Positions 12,419-21,673 of a DNA stretch of 64,000 bases are shown here, piece by piece. Position 1 is the first letter of the stretch. Each line of letters begins with the position of its first letter. The stretch is from Candidatus Omnitrophota bacterium (GTDB lineage: Bacteria; Ratteibacteria; UBA8468; MWAK01), in the NCBI GenBank assembly GCA_043826355.1, contig JBDRQI010000011.1, positions 21,418 through 85,417 on the forward strand, read 5' to 3'. The notes beneath the pieces were generated by a model, which saw only the letters and a list, made by a program, of their open reading frames with translations, was not told the origin of the DNA and did no database searches. A program made the translations under genes and the position numbers.

Positions 12419-13354
12419 TTAGTTACGGTGGGTCCGGTACCAGTCGGTGGTGACTTTCAGCCCTTCTTGAAAATTAACGACGGGTTGCCAGCCGAGGGTC
12501 TTGATTCTATCCCGGTTGACCGCGTAACGCCAGTCATGGCCAGGCCGGTCCGGCACATTTTGAATCAGGGAGAGCGGCGCATCCAGCAAAGTGAGAATTG
12601 ATTTTGCTACTTCTCTATTTGTTAAATTATTCCCGGACCCGATGTTATAGGCCAGTCCTTCTTTGCCCTGGCGTAAGACCAGGTCTATCGCCCGGCAATT
12701 ATCTTCCACAAAGAGCCAATCACGCTGATTTTTGCCGTTGCCGTAAAGAGGCACCGGCTTACCGGAGAGAGCCAGGGAGATGAAGAGCGGAATCAACTTT
12801 TCCGGATACTGCCTGGGTCCGTAATTATTAGTACTGCGGGTAATCAGGACCGGCAGGTGATAGGTGGTGTGATAAGCAAGGCACAGGAGGTCTGCCGCCG
12901 CCTTGCTGGCGGAATACGGGGATGAGGGCCGCAGGAACGCTTCTTCGTCGGCAGAACCTTGTGCGATACTACCGTAACATTCATCGGTTGAAATTTGGAC
13001 AAAGCGGGGAATTTTTAATTTTCGGCAGGCTTCCAGCATAACACCGACCCCGAGAAAATTTGTTTGTAAGAACGGTTCCGGTCCGTTAATGCTTCGGTCA
13101 ACGTGGCTTTCGGCTGCAAAATTGACCACCGCGTCGCAGCCGTCCATAATTTCAGAGACCAGTTTTTTGTCGCAGATATCACCCCGGACAAACGAATAGT
13201 TGCGGCTGTCGGCTATTTCCGCAATATTGGCCGGGTTTCCGGCGTAGGTAAGTTTATCCAGGTTGACTATGGAATCGCCCGGGTGTTTTTGCAAGACGTG
13301 GATTATGAAATTAGAGCCGATAAAACCGCAACCGCCGGTAACCAGTATTTTCAT
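12419..13354 (-). CDS. rfbB: dTDP-glucose 4,6-dehydratase
   Basis: ILVTGGCGFIGSN and YSASKAAADL motifs, 311 aa. Confidence 0.93.
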   Translation of the reverse strand: MKILVTGGCGFIGSNFIIHVLQKHPGDSIVNLDKLTYAGNPANIAEIADSRNYSFVRGDICDKKLVSEIMDGCDAVVNFAAESHVDRSINGPEPFLQTNFLGVGVMLEACRKLKIPRFVQISTDECYGSIAQGSADEEAFLRPSSPYSASKAAADLLCLAYHTTYHLPVLITRSTNNYGPRQYPEKLIPLFISLALSGKPVPLYGNGKNQRDWLFVEDNCRAIDLVLRQGKEGLAYNIGSGNNLTNREVAKSILTLLDAPLSLIQNVPDRPGHDWRYAVNRDRIKTLGWQPVVNFQEGLKVTTDWYRTHRN

Positions 13355-14070
13355 CGTTTCTTTTTGGCAACCAGGATATTCGCCATAAGCAGGGATTCAA
13401 AGGTACCGGCATCGGTCCACCATCCCTTCAGAAAGTCGAAGGTCAGTTCTCCTTTGTTCAGGTACCAGTTGTTTACGTCGGTAATCTCCATTTCGCCGCG
13501 TCCGGAAGGTTTCAGCTGGCTGATTATTTTAAAGACCTGTCGGTCGTAAAAATAGATGCCGGTGACCGCATAGTTACTTGGCGGTATTTTTGGTTTTTCA
13601 ATGATTTTCACTATCTTCTCGTTGCGAATCCGGGCGCAGCCGAACCTTTCCGGATGCGGAACCTTTTTCAGGATAATCTTGGCGCCCCTTTTTTGTTTTT
13701 CGTAGGCAGCGACAAAGGGGCGGATGGAACTTTCGATGATGTTATCGCCGAGCATTACCGCCAGCTTTTCTTTGCCGGCAAAGTCCTCGGCTAGTTTCAG
13801 CGCGGCCGCGATTCCGCCTTCGCCTTCCTGGTAGGTATAGTGAATATGCTTCAAGCCGAATTCGGAACCGTTTCCCAGGAGCCGGAGAAATTCTCCGGCG
13901 TAAACGCCGCCGGTTACAATCAGTATTTCGGTTATACCCGCCTCAACCAGGGTCTGCAGAGGATAATAAACCATGGGTTTGTTGAATACCGGCAGGAGAT
14001 GTTTGTTGGTGATTTTGGTTAAAGGAGCGAGGCGGCTTCCGGTTCCTCCGGCCAGGATTACGCCTTTCAT
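13351..14070 (-). CDS. rfbA: Glucose-1-phosphate thymidylyltransferase (short form)
   Basis: MKGVILAGGTGSRLAPLT...KHLLPV nucleotidyltransferase N-terminus. Overlaps rfbB by 4 nt. Confidence 0.82.
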   Translation of the reverse strand: MKGVILAGGTGSRLAPLTKITNKHLLPVFNKPMVYYPLQTLVEAGITEILIVTGGVYAGEFLRLLGNGSEFGLKHIHYTYQEGEGGIAAALKLAEDFAGKEKLAVMLGDNIIESSIRPFVAAYEKQKRGAKIILKKVPHPERFGCARIRNEKIVKIIEKPKIPPSNYAVTGIYFYDRQVFKIISQLKPSGRGEMEITDVNNWYLNKGELTFDFLKGWWTDAGTFESLLMANILVAKKKR

Positions 14071-14537
14071 CGTTCTTTGCGCTCCCAGGCGTAAGGAATT
14101 TTCCGGCTGTGCGGGTCAACCCGGAATTCATCGGGCTGCTTGTAGTGATAGGGTTTGTCGGGAACGTTGATAACCAGGGCTTCTTCCGGGCTGATGCACT
14201 TGAATCCGTGACAAACAAGGGGCGGTATCTGGATGAGGATAGGATTCTGTTCGCCGGCAAAGAATTCGTTGATTTCGCCTTTGGTGGTTGAAGACTTGCG
14301 GCTGTCGTAAAGCACAATCTTCATCATCCCCTTGACCACGGTCATATTGTCCGTTTGTTTCTTGTGGTAATGCCATCCTTTGACTACACCCGGGTAGGCG
14401 GTGGTCAGATAAACTTGTCCGAAACCGGAAAATAACGAATCGTCCCGGCGCAAAATTTCCATCACCCGGCCCCGTTCGTCCGGCAAAACCTTAAGATTTT
14501 TTACCTTTACCCCATTTATCATAGATAGCGCTCGCAA
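14067..14537 (-). CDS. rfbC: dTDP-4-dehydrorhamnose 3,5-epimerase-like cupin
   Basis: 156-aa cupin with DERG...GFGQVY...KGWHYH pattern. Overlaps rfbA by 4 nt. The start could be the internal MINGVKV. Confidence 0.72.
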   Translation of the reverse strand: MRALSMINGVKVKNLKVLPDERGRVMEILRRDDSLFSGFGQVYLTTAYPGVVKGWHYHKKQTDNMTVVKGMMKIVLYDSRKSSTTKGEINEFFAGEQNPILIQIPPLVCHGFKCISPEEALVINVPDKPYHYKQPDEFRVDPHSRKIPYAWERKER

Positions 14538-14583
14538 TTTTTTAAGTTCAGATTAGCATATTTTCGCGTCAGGTGTCAATCTG

Positions 14584-14871
14584 ATGATTTATGCTAAAAT
14601 AGTAAGGCAATGTTTATCGGGGATTTTTTCAAGAGGAGGGTTGGAGTCAGCCGGAACGTCTTTGCGCTTGGCGTTGTCAGTTTTTTTAAATGACATTGCC
14701 TCGGAGATGCTCTATCCGGTTGTACCGATCTTCCTGACGACCACCTTGAGCGCGCCGGTTGCCGGTTTTTTATGGACGTATGTCAGTCCACAGGCGCCTT
14801 TTATTTTTGGTAGTATCATGGCATTGACTGCCTGTTTTATTTTTGTGGCATGGGGGAGACGCAAATGCTGA
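14584..14871 (+). pseudogene. Internally deleted MFS-transporter remnant
   Basis: The 95-aa ORF joins an MFS N-terminal motif (FLNDIASEMLYPVVPIFLTTTL) directly to a last-helix-like segment (AGFLW...APFIFGSIMAL). About 300 aa of a normal MFS protein are missing. Confidence 0.5.
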
Positions 14872-15410
14872 ATAATGAAGAACGGGATTTTTTGCTCAAA
14901 CTGGCGCGAAATGCCATTAAGGTTTATCTGGAAACCGGCCAAACGGAAATTATACCTGCAACGGACCCGTTGCTGAAGGAGGGCCGGGGCGCTTTCGTGA
15001 CTTTGCATAAGGGGGCAGAACTGCGCGGCTGTATCGGATTCCTGGAATCCGGGAAGCCATTATACGAAACCGTGTGTGAAATGGCAGTTGAAGCGGCGGT
15101 CAATGACCCCAGGTTTCCGCCGGTTTCCCTTCTTGAACTTGCCGGTCTTCGGATTGAGATTTCAGTTCTCACCAGGCCGGTTAAAGTTTTCGGACCGGAA
15201 GCGATTGTAATGAAGCGGGATGGGGTGATTGTACGCCGGGGAAACTGTCAGGGTGTATTCCTGCCCCAGGTGGCCGAAGAAACCGGGTGGGATAAGGAAA
15301 AATTTCTATCGGTTCTTTGCGTTCATAAGGCAGGTTTGCCGGACGACGCCTGGAAAGAGAAGGATACGGAACTTTACACATTCCAAGTCGAGGTCTTTTC
15401 CGAAGAGTAG
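14865..15410 (+). CDS. AMMECR1-domain protein
   Basis: LRGCIGF motif and PRFPPV segment typical of AMMECR1. The start at MLNNEER is preferred over the ORF-track 14850. Confidence 0.88.
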   Translation: MLNNEERDFLLKLARNAIKVYLETGQTEIIPATDPLLKEGRGAFVTLHKGAELRGCIGFLESGKPLYETVCEMAVEAAVNDPRFPPVSLLELAGLRIEISVLTRPVKVFGPEAIVMKRDGVIVRRGNCQGVFLPQVAEETGWDKEKFLSVLCVHKAGLPDDAWKEKDTELYTFQVEVFSEE

Positions 15411-15417
15411 AAAACGT

Positions 15418-15464
15418 CCCTCACCTTTGTCTTTTCCCCGGCGGGGAGAGGGGTGGGTGAGGGG
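15418..15464. repeat. 'PSP' hairpin repeat (cctcacc...ccccggcgggg...ggtgagg) forming the murG 3' end
   Basis: Same architecture as 36622-36653, 50048-50096 and 50351-50393. It encodes the MurG tail HPPLSPPGKRQR. Confidence 0.75.
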
Positions 15465-16536
15465 AAAGGTCGGAAAGGATAAGGGCGACGATGCGTTTGG
15501 CCGGTTCCGGGTGGGAAAGCCGCCGGCCGGCTTCCGCCATCAGATTCAATTTCGGTCGATCACCGGCCAGCGCCTTGATTTCCCGGGCGAGTTTTTCACC
15601 GCTGAGTGATGACTCTTCCCGTAAGATCGCGGCACCGCGTTCCGCCAGGCAGTTTGCGTTCAGACGCTGGTGGTCTTCGGCGGCAAACGGGTATGGTATC
15701 AGGATTGAAGGCAGGCCGAAAAAATTCAGTTCCGCAATTGTCGTTGCGCCGGCCCGGCAGATAACCAGGTCTGCGGCCGAGTAGAGCAGCCCCATTTCCG
15801 AAAAGAAACTTTTTACATAATTCTGGAAATTTTTTCTTTTGTACGCGACAATCACCCCGGTAAGGTCATTGGCTCCGGTGAGATGTATGAATTGAACTTC
15901 CCCGGGGGAAAGATAGTCAAGGCTTTCGCTGATTTTCAGATTGATGCGGTGGGCGCCCTGGCTTCCGCCCAGAACGAGAACCGTAAATTTTTGTTCGTTA
16001 ATTTTAAGTTTTTGCCTCGCGGCGCCCTTTTCGTTTTTTTCCTCAAAAAGTCGCACGGGGTTTCCGAATTCCATTATTCTTTTTGTCCGGAGATAGCGGG
16101 AGCTTTCCGGAAATGAAGTAAAAACCGCGGAACTTACCCGGCTGAAAGTTCTGGTTACCTTGCCGGGCAGGAGATTTTGTTCGCAGAAATAGAGAGGTAT
16201 GCGAAGGAGCGCGGCAATGGATGCCGGTGCGGCGCAGGCGTATCCGCCCATTCCGATTACCGCCGCCGGACGGAACCGCAATAAACAGGCGGCCGCCGAA
16301 AAAAAAGCCCGGCCGGCCTTAAAAGGAAAAAAAATAAACCCGGTTTTTTTTTCCGGCAGCCGGACAACGGATATCTCCCGGAAAGGTACGCCGGCTTTGT
16401 AAAATTCAACCCGGAGCATGGCGGTGGTTCTGCCGATTACCAGGATTGTAACGCCGGCAGATTTGAATTTTTGGGCGAGCGCCAGCGCTGGAAAAAGGTG
16501 TCCGCCGGTCCCGCCGGCCGCAATTATTATCCTCAT
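15421..16536 (-). CDS. murG: UDP-GlcNAc:lipid I N-acetylglucosaminyltransferase
   Basis: GGTGGHLFPALA N-terminal motif, GT28 architecture, and position downstream of ftsW. Confidence 0.93.
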   Translation of the reverse strand: MRIIIAAGGTGGHLFPALALAQKFKSAGVTILVIGRTTAMLRVEFYKAGVPFREISVVRLPEKKTGFIFFPFKAGRAFFSAAACLLRFRPAAVIGMGGYACAAPASIAALLRIPLYFCEQNLLPGKVTRTFSRVSSAVFTSFPESSRYLRTKRIMEFGNPVRLFEEKNEKGAARQKLKINEQKFTVLVLGGSQGAHRINLKISESLDYLSPGEVQFIHLTGANDLTGVIVAYKRKNFQNYVKSFFSEMGLLYSAADLVICRAGATTIAELNFFGLPSILIPYPFAAEDHQRLNANCLAERGAAILREESSLSGEKLAREIKALAGDRPKLNLMAEAGRRLSHPEPAKRIVALILSDLSPHPPLSPPGKRQR

Positions 16537-17654
16537 ATCCGGAAGTCCTCCGGCGGTAATCGGCGGGTGATATTGACCAGGAGACCGGCCGCAAAGAGAG
16601 TGCAGAGCAGGGAACTTCCTCCGTAACTGATAAAAGGCAGAGTGGCTCCCTTGGTGGGCAGAAGGCCTATGACCACACCGACATTGAGGATGATTTGTAA
16701 TCCGATTAGACCGGTTATGCCTGCGGCCAGAATGGATTGAAAGCGGTCAGTGCTGCGTTTTGCCGTCTGGATGCCCCAATGGATTAGAAAAAAGAAAAGC
16801 GCGATAAAGAACACGGAACCAAAGAGACCCAATTCTTCGGCGATGTTGGCAAAGATGAAATCGGTGTGTGCTTCCGGCAGGTAAAAAAGCTTCTGGCGTC
16901 CCTGGCCCAGGCCGACACCGAAAAGCCCGCCGTTCCCGACGCCGAGAAACGATTGGAGTATCTGGTAATCCCTTCCGGTCGGGTCGGTCCCGGGATGCAG
17001 AAAAGAAAGTATTCGTGTCCAGCGGTACGGTTCTTTCCAGATAGCCAGGCCGGCCCCAACCATTAGTGTTAGTGCCATAATACCTAAATATTTCAGCGGC
17101 GCACCGGCTATAAAGTAGAGCAGAATTACAACTCCGGCTATGATCACTACGGTTCCGAGGTCCTGTCCCAGGTAGATTAAAACCATCATCAGCCCGATTA
17201 ACAGACCGGGCGGCATAAACGAGAGAAGGGGGTTTTGGATTTTACTGTTTTTCCGGTCCAGGAAATCGGCAAGATAGATTAAAATCGCAATTTTGGCGAA
17301 TTCCGAGGGCTGAAAAGAGAACTGTCCGATTCCCAACCATCGCCTGGCTCCGTTAATTTCTTTACCGAAAATTAAGACTGCGGCCAGGAGAATCAAGGCG
17401 GCCAATAGTATTGAACGGGAAAAGCGGCGCAGGTTTTCCATCGGAATTCTTTGCGCAAAGAGAAAGGCGATAAAACCGAGCGCCGCAAAGAGAATTTCCT
17501 TTTTCAGAAAGTAGTAGGGGCTGCCGTGTTTTAAGGCGAAAGTTGTATTGGCCACTACTACCACGCCCAGACCGGTCAGCGCAAGGACAAGAGCGGTCAG
17601 TTTACGATAGAGTGGCCAGGACGGCTTTCTTAAAAATATCTCCCCGTTCGCCAT
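16533..17654 (-). CDS. ftsW: SEDS-family peptidoglycan polymerase FtsW
   Basis: Multi-TM protein with PEAHTDFIFA and LPTKGATLPFISYGGSS motifs. The start is uncertain (ORF track 17708) and the gene overlaps the murD end. Confidence 0.9.
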   Translation of the reverse strand: MANGEIFLRKPSWPLYRKLTALVLALTGLGVVVVANTTFALKHGSPYYFLKKEILFAALGFIAFLFAQRIPMENLRRFSRSILLAALILLAAVLIFGKEINGARRWLGIGQFSFQPSEFAKIAILIYLADFLDRKNSKIQNPLLSFMPPGLLIGLMMVLIYLGQDLGTVVIIAGVVILLYFIAGAPLKYLGIMALTLMVGAGLAIWKEPYRWTRILSFLHPGTDPTGRDYQILQSFLGVGNGGLFGVGLGQGRQKLFYLPEAHTDFIFANIAEELGLFGSVFFIALFFFLIHWGIQTAKRSTDRFQSILAAGITGLIGLQIILNVGVVIGLLPTKGATLPFISYGGSSLLCTLFAAGLLVNITRRLPPEDFRI

Positions 17655-18954
17655 AACTTTTAAACATATCAAAACTGGAGCAGGCCGGTGACAGAAGGAC
17701 AATGTCACCCGCCGCGGCCAGCGAGTTAGCCGCCCGGACGCATTCCGGCAGGGTTTTCATTTTTTTGATCAAGCATAATCCGTGCAGTTCCGTTGCGATA
17801 CGGTCGGTTGCTTCACCGAACAGAATCAGTGCTTTTACTTTCTTTCTTATCTCCGGTTTCAAGGGGAGGTAGGAACCCCCTTTGTCTTTGCCGCCCAGAA
17901 TGATGATGAGGCGTTTTTCTTCTTCGGGGAAAGCCTGTAATGCCCGCCGGGTTGAGTCAACGTTGGTGGCTTTGGAGTCGTCAATATATTTTACACCATT
18001 ATTCTCTGCAATCAGTTCCAGCCGGTGGCCCAGGGGCCGGAAATTCCTGATGCCTTTTGCCATTGAGTTTGGTCCGGCTCCAAAAAGATGGGCCGCTGCG
18101 CAAACCGCAAGCATATTTTCATGGTTGTGTCCGCCCCACAGCCGGCTTTCCGGGAATTCCAGGAGCGGTTTGCCGTCCGGCCGGAAAATAGTCTTCCCGT
18201 CCGTAAAAAACTTTCTGTCCGGGTCCCGGCGGCTGTAGTAGTAAACCCGCGCTCTTATTTTCCGGGCTATTTTTCGGCAAATCGGGTCGTCATAATTTAT
18301 AACCGCAGTATCTTCCGGGCCCTGGTTTTCAAACAGGCGTGCTTTGGCGGCAAAGTAAGATTCGAAATTCGGGTAACGGTCCAGGTGGTCTGCGGTAACG
18401 TTAAGAAGAATTGCAATCTTCGGTCGGAATTTTTCAATCCATTCCAATTGGAAACTGCTTACTTCCAGTACGACCGCATCTTTTTGGGTCAGTTTTTCCA
18501 CGATTGAAATAAACGGAGTTCCGATATTGCCGGCCAGAGAAACTTTTTTACCCGCGGCTTTCAGAATGTCAAAAAGGAGAGTGACCGCGGTGCTTTTGCC
18601 GTTGGTGCCGGTAACAGTCAGGATTGGAACCGGACAGAAACGATAAGCCAATTCCATTTCGCTCCAGACCGGCACCTTGTTTTTTAACGCAGACTGCAAG
18701 GGCAGGGTTTCCGGCGCTACGCCCGGGCTGGTTACCACCAGGTCAACGGAGGAAATGAATTTCCCGGAGTGACGACCCAACTCTACTTCAATGCCGTATG
18801 CTTCCAAAATCTTTTTCTTTTCTTTCAGTTCCGGACCATCAGCCGCTTCGGTCAGCCGTACCAGCGCGCCTTTTTTCTGCAGGAAGAGGGCGCTGGTCTC
18901 TCCGCTCCTGCCCAGGCCTACCACCAGAACCTTTTTTCCAGTAAGGTTAATCAT
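17602..18954 (-). CDS. murD: UDP-N-acetylmuramoylalanine--D-glutamate ligase
   Basis: N-terminal GLGRSG and the Mur-ligase P-loop GTNGKST, 450 aa. Confidence 0.95.
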   Translation of the reverse strand: MINLTGKKVLVVGLGRSGETSALFLQKKGALVRLTEAADGPELKEKKKILEAYGIEVELGRHSGKFISSVDLVVTSPGVAPETLPLQSALKNKVPVWSEMELAYRFCPVPILTVTGTNGKSTAVTLLFDILKAAGKKVSLAGNIGTPFISIVEKLTQKDAVVLEVSSFQLEWIEKFRPKIAILLNVTADHLDRYPNFESYFAAKARLFENQGPEDTAVINYDDPICRKIARKIRARVYYYSRRDPDRKFFTDGKTIFRPDGKPLLEFPESRLWGGHNHENMLAVCAAAHLFGAGPNSMAKGIRNFRPLGHRLELIAENNGVKYIDDSKATNVDSTRRALQAFPEEEKRLIIILGGKDKGGSYLPLKPEIRKKVKALILFGEATDRIATELHGLCLIKKMKTLPECVRAANSLAAAGDIVLLSPACSSFDMFKSYGERGDIFKKAVLATLS

Positions 18955-18960
18955 ATGGAT

Positions 18961-19028
18961 GTCATTCTGAGTGAAACGAAGAATCCCTTTTTTAACTACC
19001 AGACCCTTCGCGCCGCTTAGGGTGACAG
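18961..19028. repeat. gtcattctgag-family repeat
   Basis: gtcattctgagtgaaacgaagaatc...cttagggtgac fills the murD / DUF4139-like gene spacer. Confidence 0.8.
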
Positions 19029-19037
19029 ATTTTTTGT

Positions 19038-20456
19038 TTAGAATTTGTATTCGGCGGTATAGGTAATAGTGCTCTCGCCGTCTTTTTCCACCGGTAGATT
19101 AAATTCCAGGGTAAAGGCGTCTTTCTTTTCATATTTGTGGCTGGATTGAATAATGTTCCAGTCCCCCCACTGGTGCTCCACCACTTTGACGGCAATCGGC
19201 TCTTTTTTGTGGTTCCGCAGGGTGATTTCGTAGGTGTCCCAATAGAGGTTGGCGGTGACCATTTTGTGGTTTGTGATTTTTCGTTCTCCGACGACATCAA
19301 AGGCGTTGCCCAGGAAAAGTGATATTTTTTCGTCCTTGGGGGTGTGGTCAATCTGGTCTTCGCCGATAAACTGAAGGGTGTCGTCGGAATCCGCTTTGTA
19401 AACCTTTATTTTCCCCTTGGGCAGCGGGATGCCCAGTCCGTTCTTTTCGCTGTTCTTAAAGTCCAGTTTCACTTCTACCTTTTTGTTGTAAGGCTGGTCT
19501 TTCCAGCTGTCATAATAATACCAGCGGTAGAGGGCGCCGTCATAGGTATAAATTTTCTCCACCGGAACCCTTGGCGCGGCAAAGAGCGCAATCTGCTTGG
19601 TCTGGTTGTTTTTCAGGTCGGTCTTTCGCTGCAGGGTGTAAAGGTGGTATTCAAAGAATGATTTTTCTTCAAACTGGGCTGCGGCTGCCATGGATTTTTC
19701 CGCACGCAGTATAACGTCTCTCTGAACGGCAGGTTGCTCGGTTACCCGGTGCACATCTCCGGCGATCAGTTTCAAGCCGGCGTTTTCGTACCCGGCGCCG
19801 GAGTTGTTGTTGATTGTCACCCAGGCGTTCAGGGAAATATTTTTATCGTCTTTGGCAACGCTGGCAACGTAATCCGCGCGCCAGGTCATTCCGTTGGTCA
19901 GGTAACCCAACTCCACCAGGTGCCGGCCGCTCTTGGCGTTGGCCAGGGACCAGACCAGGGTCGGCTTGGTAATCAGTCCCTCCGGCAGCTGGGGAAACTC
20001 AAGGTTTCTGATATTTTCCCGGTTGACCATGAAGACCGGTCCCTTCTCTTTATCTTTTACCAGAACCAGCTGGTTGGAGTCGTAGCTGGACAGGAAGCCC
20101 TGGTAAAAGCTGCTGTCCTGGGTAAGAATCTTTATCTCATTATCGATATATTTTCGGAGCAGTTTATCCGCGTTAACCAGGTCATATTCAAAGTTCTGTT
20201 CCAGGATGGAGCATTCGGCCGGAGCGGTCAGGGACTTAAAGTGGACGCTGGTAGCGTCAATCTGGGAGGCGATATCGGAAAACCGCACCTGGTTCATGCC
20301 TTCCTTCAGGTTTAGAAACCGGAGGTCGCGCACCAGCGCAAAGTTCTGGTTGTAGATGGTGAGACCGACCTCTTTTCTTTCCATCTCCTGTCCGAAAGCA
20401 ACGCTGCTGTCGAACAACACAAAACAGATTCCCAAAACCAACATTATCCTTTTCAT
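19038..20456 (-). CDS. Secreted DUF4139-like (MuiA-family-like) protein
   Basis: Signal peptide MKRIMLVLGICFVLF..AFG, then LTIYNQNFALVRD...L.EG.N.V.F pattern recalled for DUF4140/DUF4139 proteins. Start moved to the signal-peptide Met. Confidence 0.7.
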   Translation of the reverse strand: MKRIMLVLGICFVLFDSSVAFGQEMERKEVGLTIYNQNFALVRDLRFLNLKEGMNQVRFSDIASQIDATSVHFKSLTAPAECSILEQNFEYDLVNADKLLRKYIDNEIKILTQDSSFYQGFLSSYDSNQLVLVKDKEKGPVFMVNRENIRNLEFPQLPEGLITKPTLVWSLANAKSGRHLVELGYLTNGMTWRADYVASVAKDDKNISLNAWVTINNNSGAGYENAGLKLIAGDVHRVTEQPAVQRDVILRAEKSMAAAAQFEEKSFFEYHLYTLQRKTDLKNNQTKQIALFAAPRVPVEKIYTYDGALYRWYYYDSWKDQPYNKKVEVKLDFKNSEKNGLGIPLPKGKIKVYKADSDDTLQFIGEDQIDHTPKDEKISLFLGNAFDVVGERKITNHKMVTANLYWDTYEITLRNHKKEPIAVKVVEHQWGDWNIIQSSHKYEKKDAFTLEFNLPVEKDGESTITYTAEYKF

Positions 20457-20478
20457 CTTTGCCTCCTGGAACCGTGTG

Positions 20479-21582
20479 CTAATTAAAAAGATTATGGACA
20501 GAATCAATGAATGCTTCGATGTTCTTCTTTGGCGTTCCGGGAAGTATTGTCGCATCGGCTTGTCCAAAGATGTGTCTTCTTTCCCTTGTTGCCAGGTTAA
20601 GATTTTTAACATACTCCGCTATTTCAGCAGGAATTCCATCCTTTAAAGTTTGCAACGGAATATTTCCTTTACTTATAACCGTTTTAGAAAGAAACGAGAG
20701 CGTTTTTTTGAGGTCGGTTATATTTCCGCATGGGGGTGTGGAGCATCCTTCGTAGATATCCGGTTTGAGACGGTCCATTATGCCTGATTCTATTATATCC
20801 CTGGAATAGCCGCACATGTGATAAAGTGAATACGCTTTGTTCCGCCTAATCCTATCTGTTATTTGTGACACATAAGGAATAATTGCTTCCTCGAATATCC
20901 AGGGTGAAAGTAGCTCAAGGCCCGCAGACCCCATTGAGAATACTTTGATGCCAAGAGATGATAAGAAATCGATCAGCTTAAGATATACATCCAGGATACC
21001 GTCCATGCTTTCACGGTATCTCTTTTGGAAATCATAGTAAAATAAAGACATATTTTTGTATTCAATCAGATAGTAAGATTCAAACGGGATAAGTAATGTA
21101 GCCGCAGGCAGGCGTCCGATTTGGTTAACTTTTTCGATACGTGGTTTTAATATTGATTCTAACCTCTTGAAATTTAAAGAAATCATACGGGTGTAATAGT
21201 CAATCAGGCCAAAATCTTCTTCTCCTTTGACCGGCCCTTCAAGCTGTTGGTCGATGAGGCCGCGCCGGGTCCCAATAATTCTTTCTGCCTTTTTCTTGTC
21301 CCCGAAAGCAATCTCTTCTTTGTAAAATTTTTCGGAGCCGTTATCTTTTACGAGTTTTTTATCCCAGCGAAGTTCCGGTATAATTTTCTCAAAAGAACTA
21401 AAACATGAAATCCATGAATCTGTTTTAAAATTATTATGAAAATTAACTATGTCTTCAAAGGTCACCCGGTATGTTTCCTTTGAAAAAAATTCACCCACAT
21501 AAGATGACGGGTCGATGATTACAAACTCATTTTTCTTATACCCGCCCTCCAGAAACATAACAAACTTTTCGATTCTTTCCAT
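20479..21582 (-). CDS. URO-D (uroporphyrinogen decarboxylase/MtaA-like) family protein, divergent
   Basis: 367 aa with HMCG and C-terminal RHIFGQADATILPGTP..NIEAFIDSV segments resembling URO-D family motifs. Visibly AT-rich compared with its neighbours. Confidence 0.55.
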   Translation of the reverse strand: MERIEKFVMFLEGGYKKNEFVIIDPSSYVGEFFSKETYRVTFEDIVNFHNNFKTDSWISCFSSFEKIIPELRWDKKLVKDNGSEKFYKEEIAFGDKKKAERIIGTRRGLIDQQLEGPVKGEEDFGLIDYYTRMISLNFKRLESILKPRIEKVNQIGRLPAATLLIPFESYYLIEYKNMSLFYYDFQKRYRESMDGILDVYLKLIDFLSSLGIKVFSMGSAGLELLSPWIFEEAIIPYVSQITDRIRRNKAYSLYHMCGYSRDIIESGIMDRLKPDIYEGCSTPPCGNITDLKKTLSFLSKTVISKGNIPLQTLKDGIPAEIAEYVKNLNLATRERRHIFGQADATILPGTPKKNIEAFIDSVHNLFN

Positions 21583-21673
21583 ATCTCCTTCGTAAGGCCG
21601 CCGGGTCTGCCAAAATACACCTATCGGGACTGTTGTTTGCGAAATTTAGACACCGCAATTGCCAAAAAGTTCC

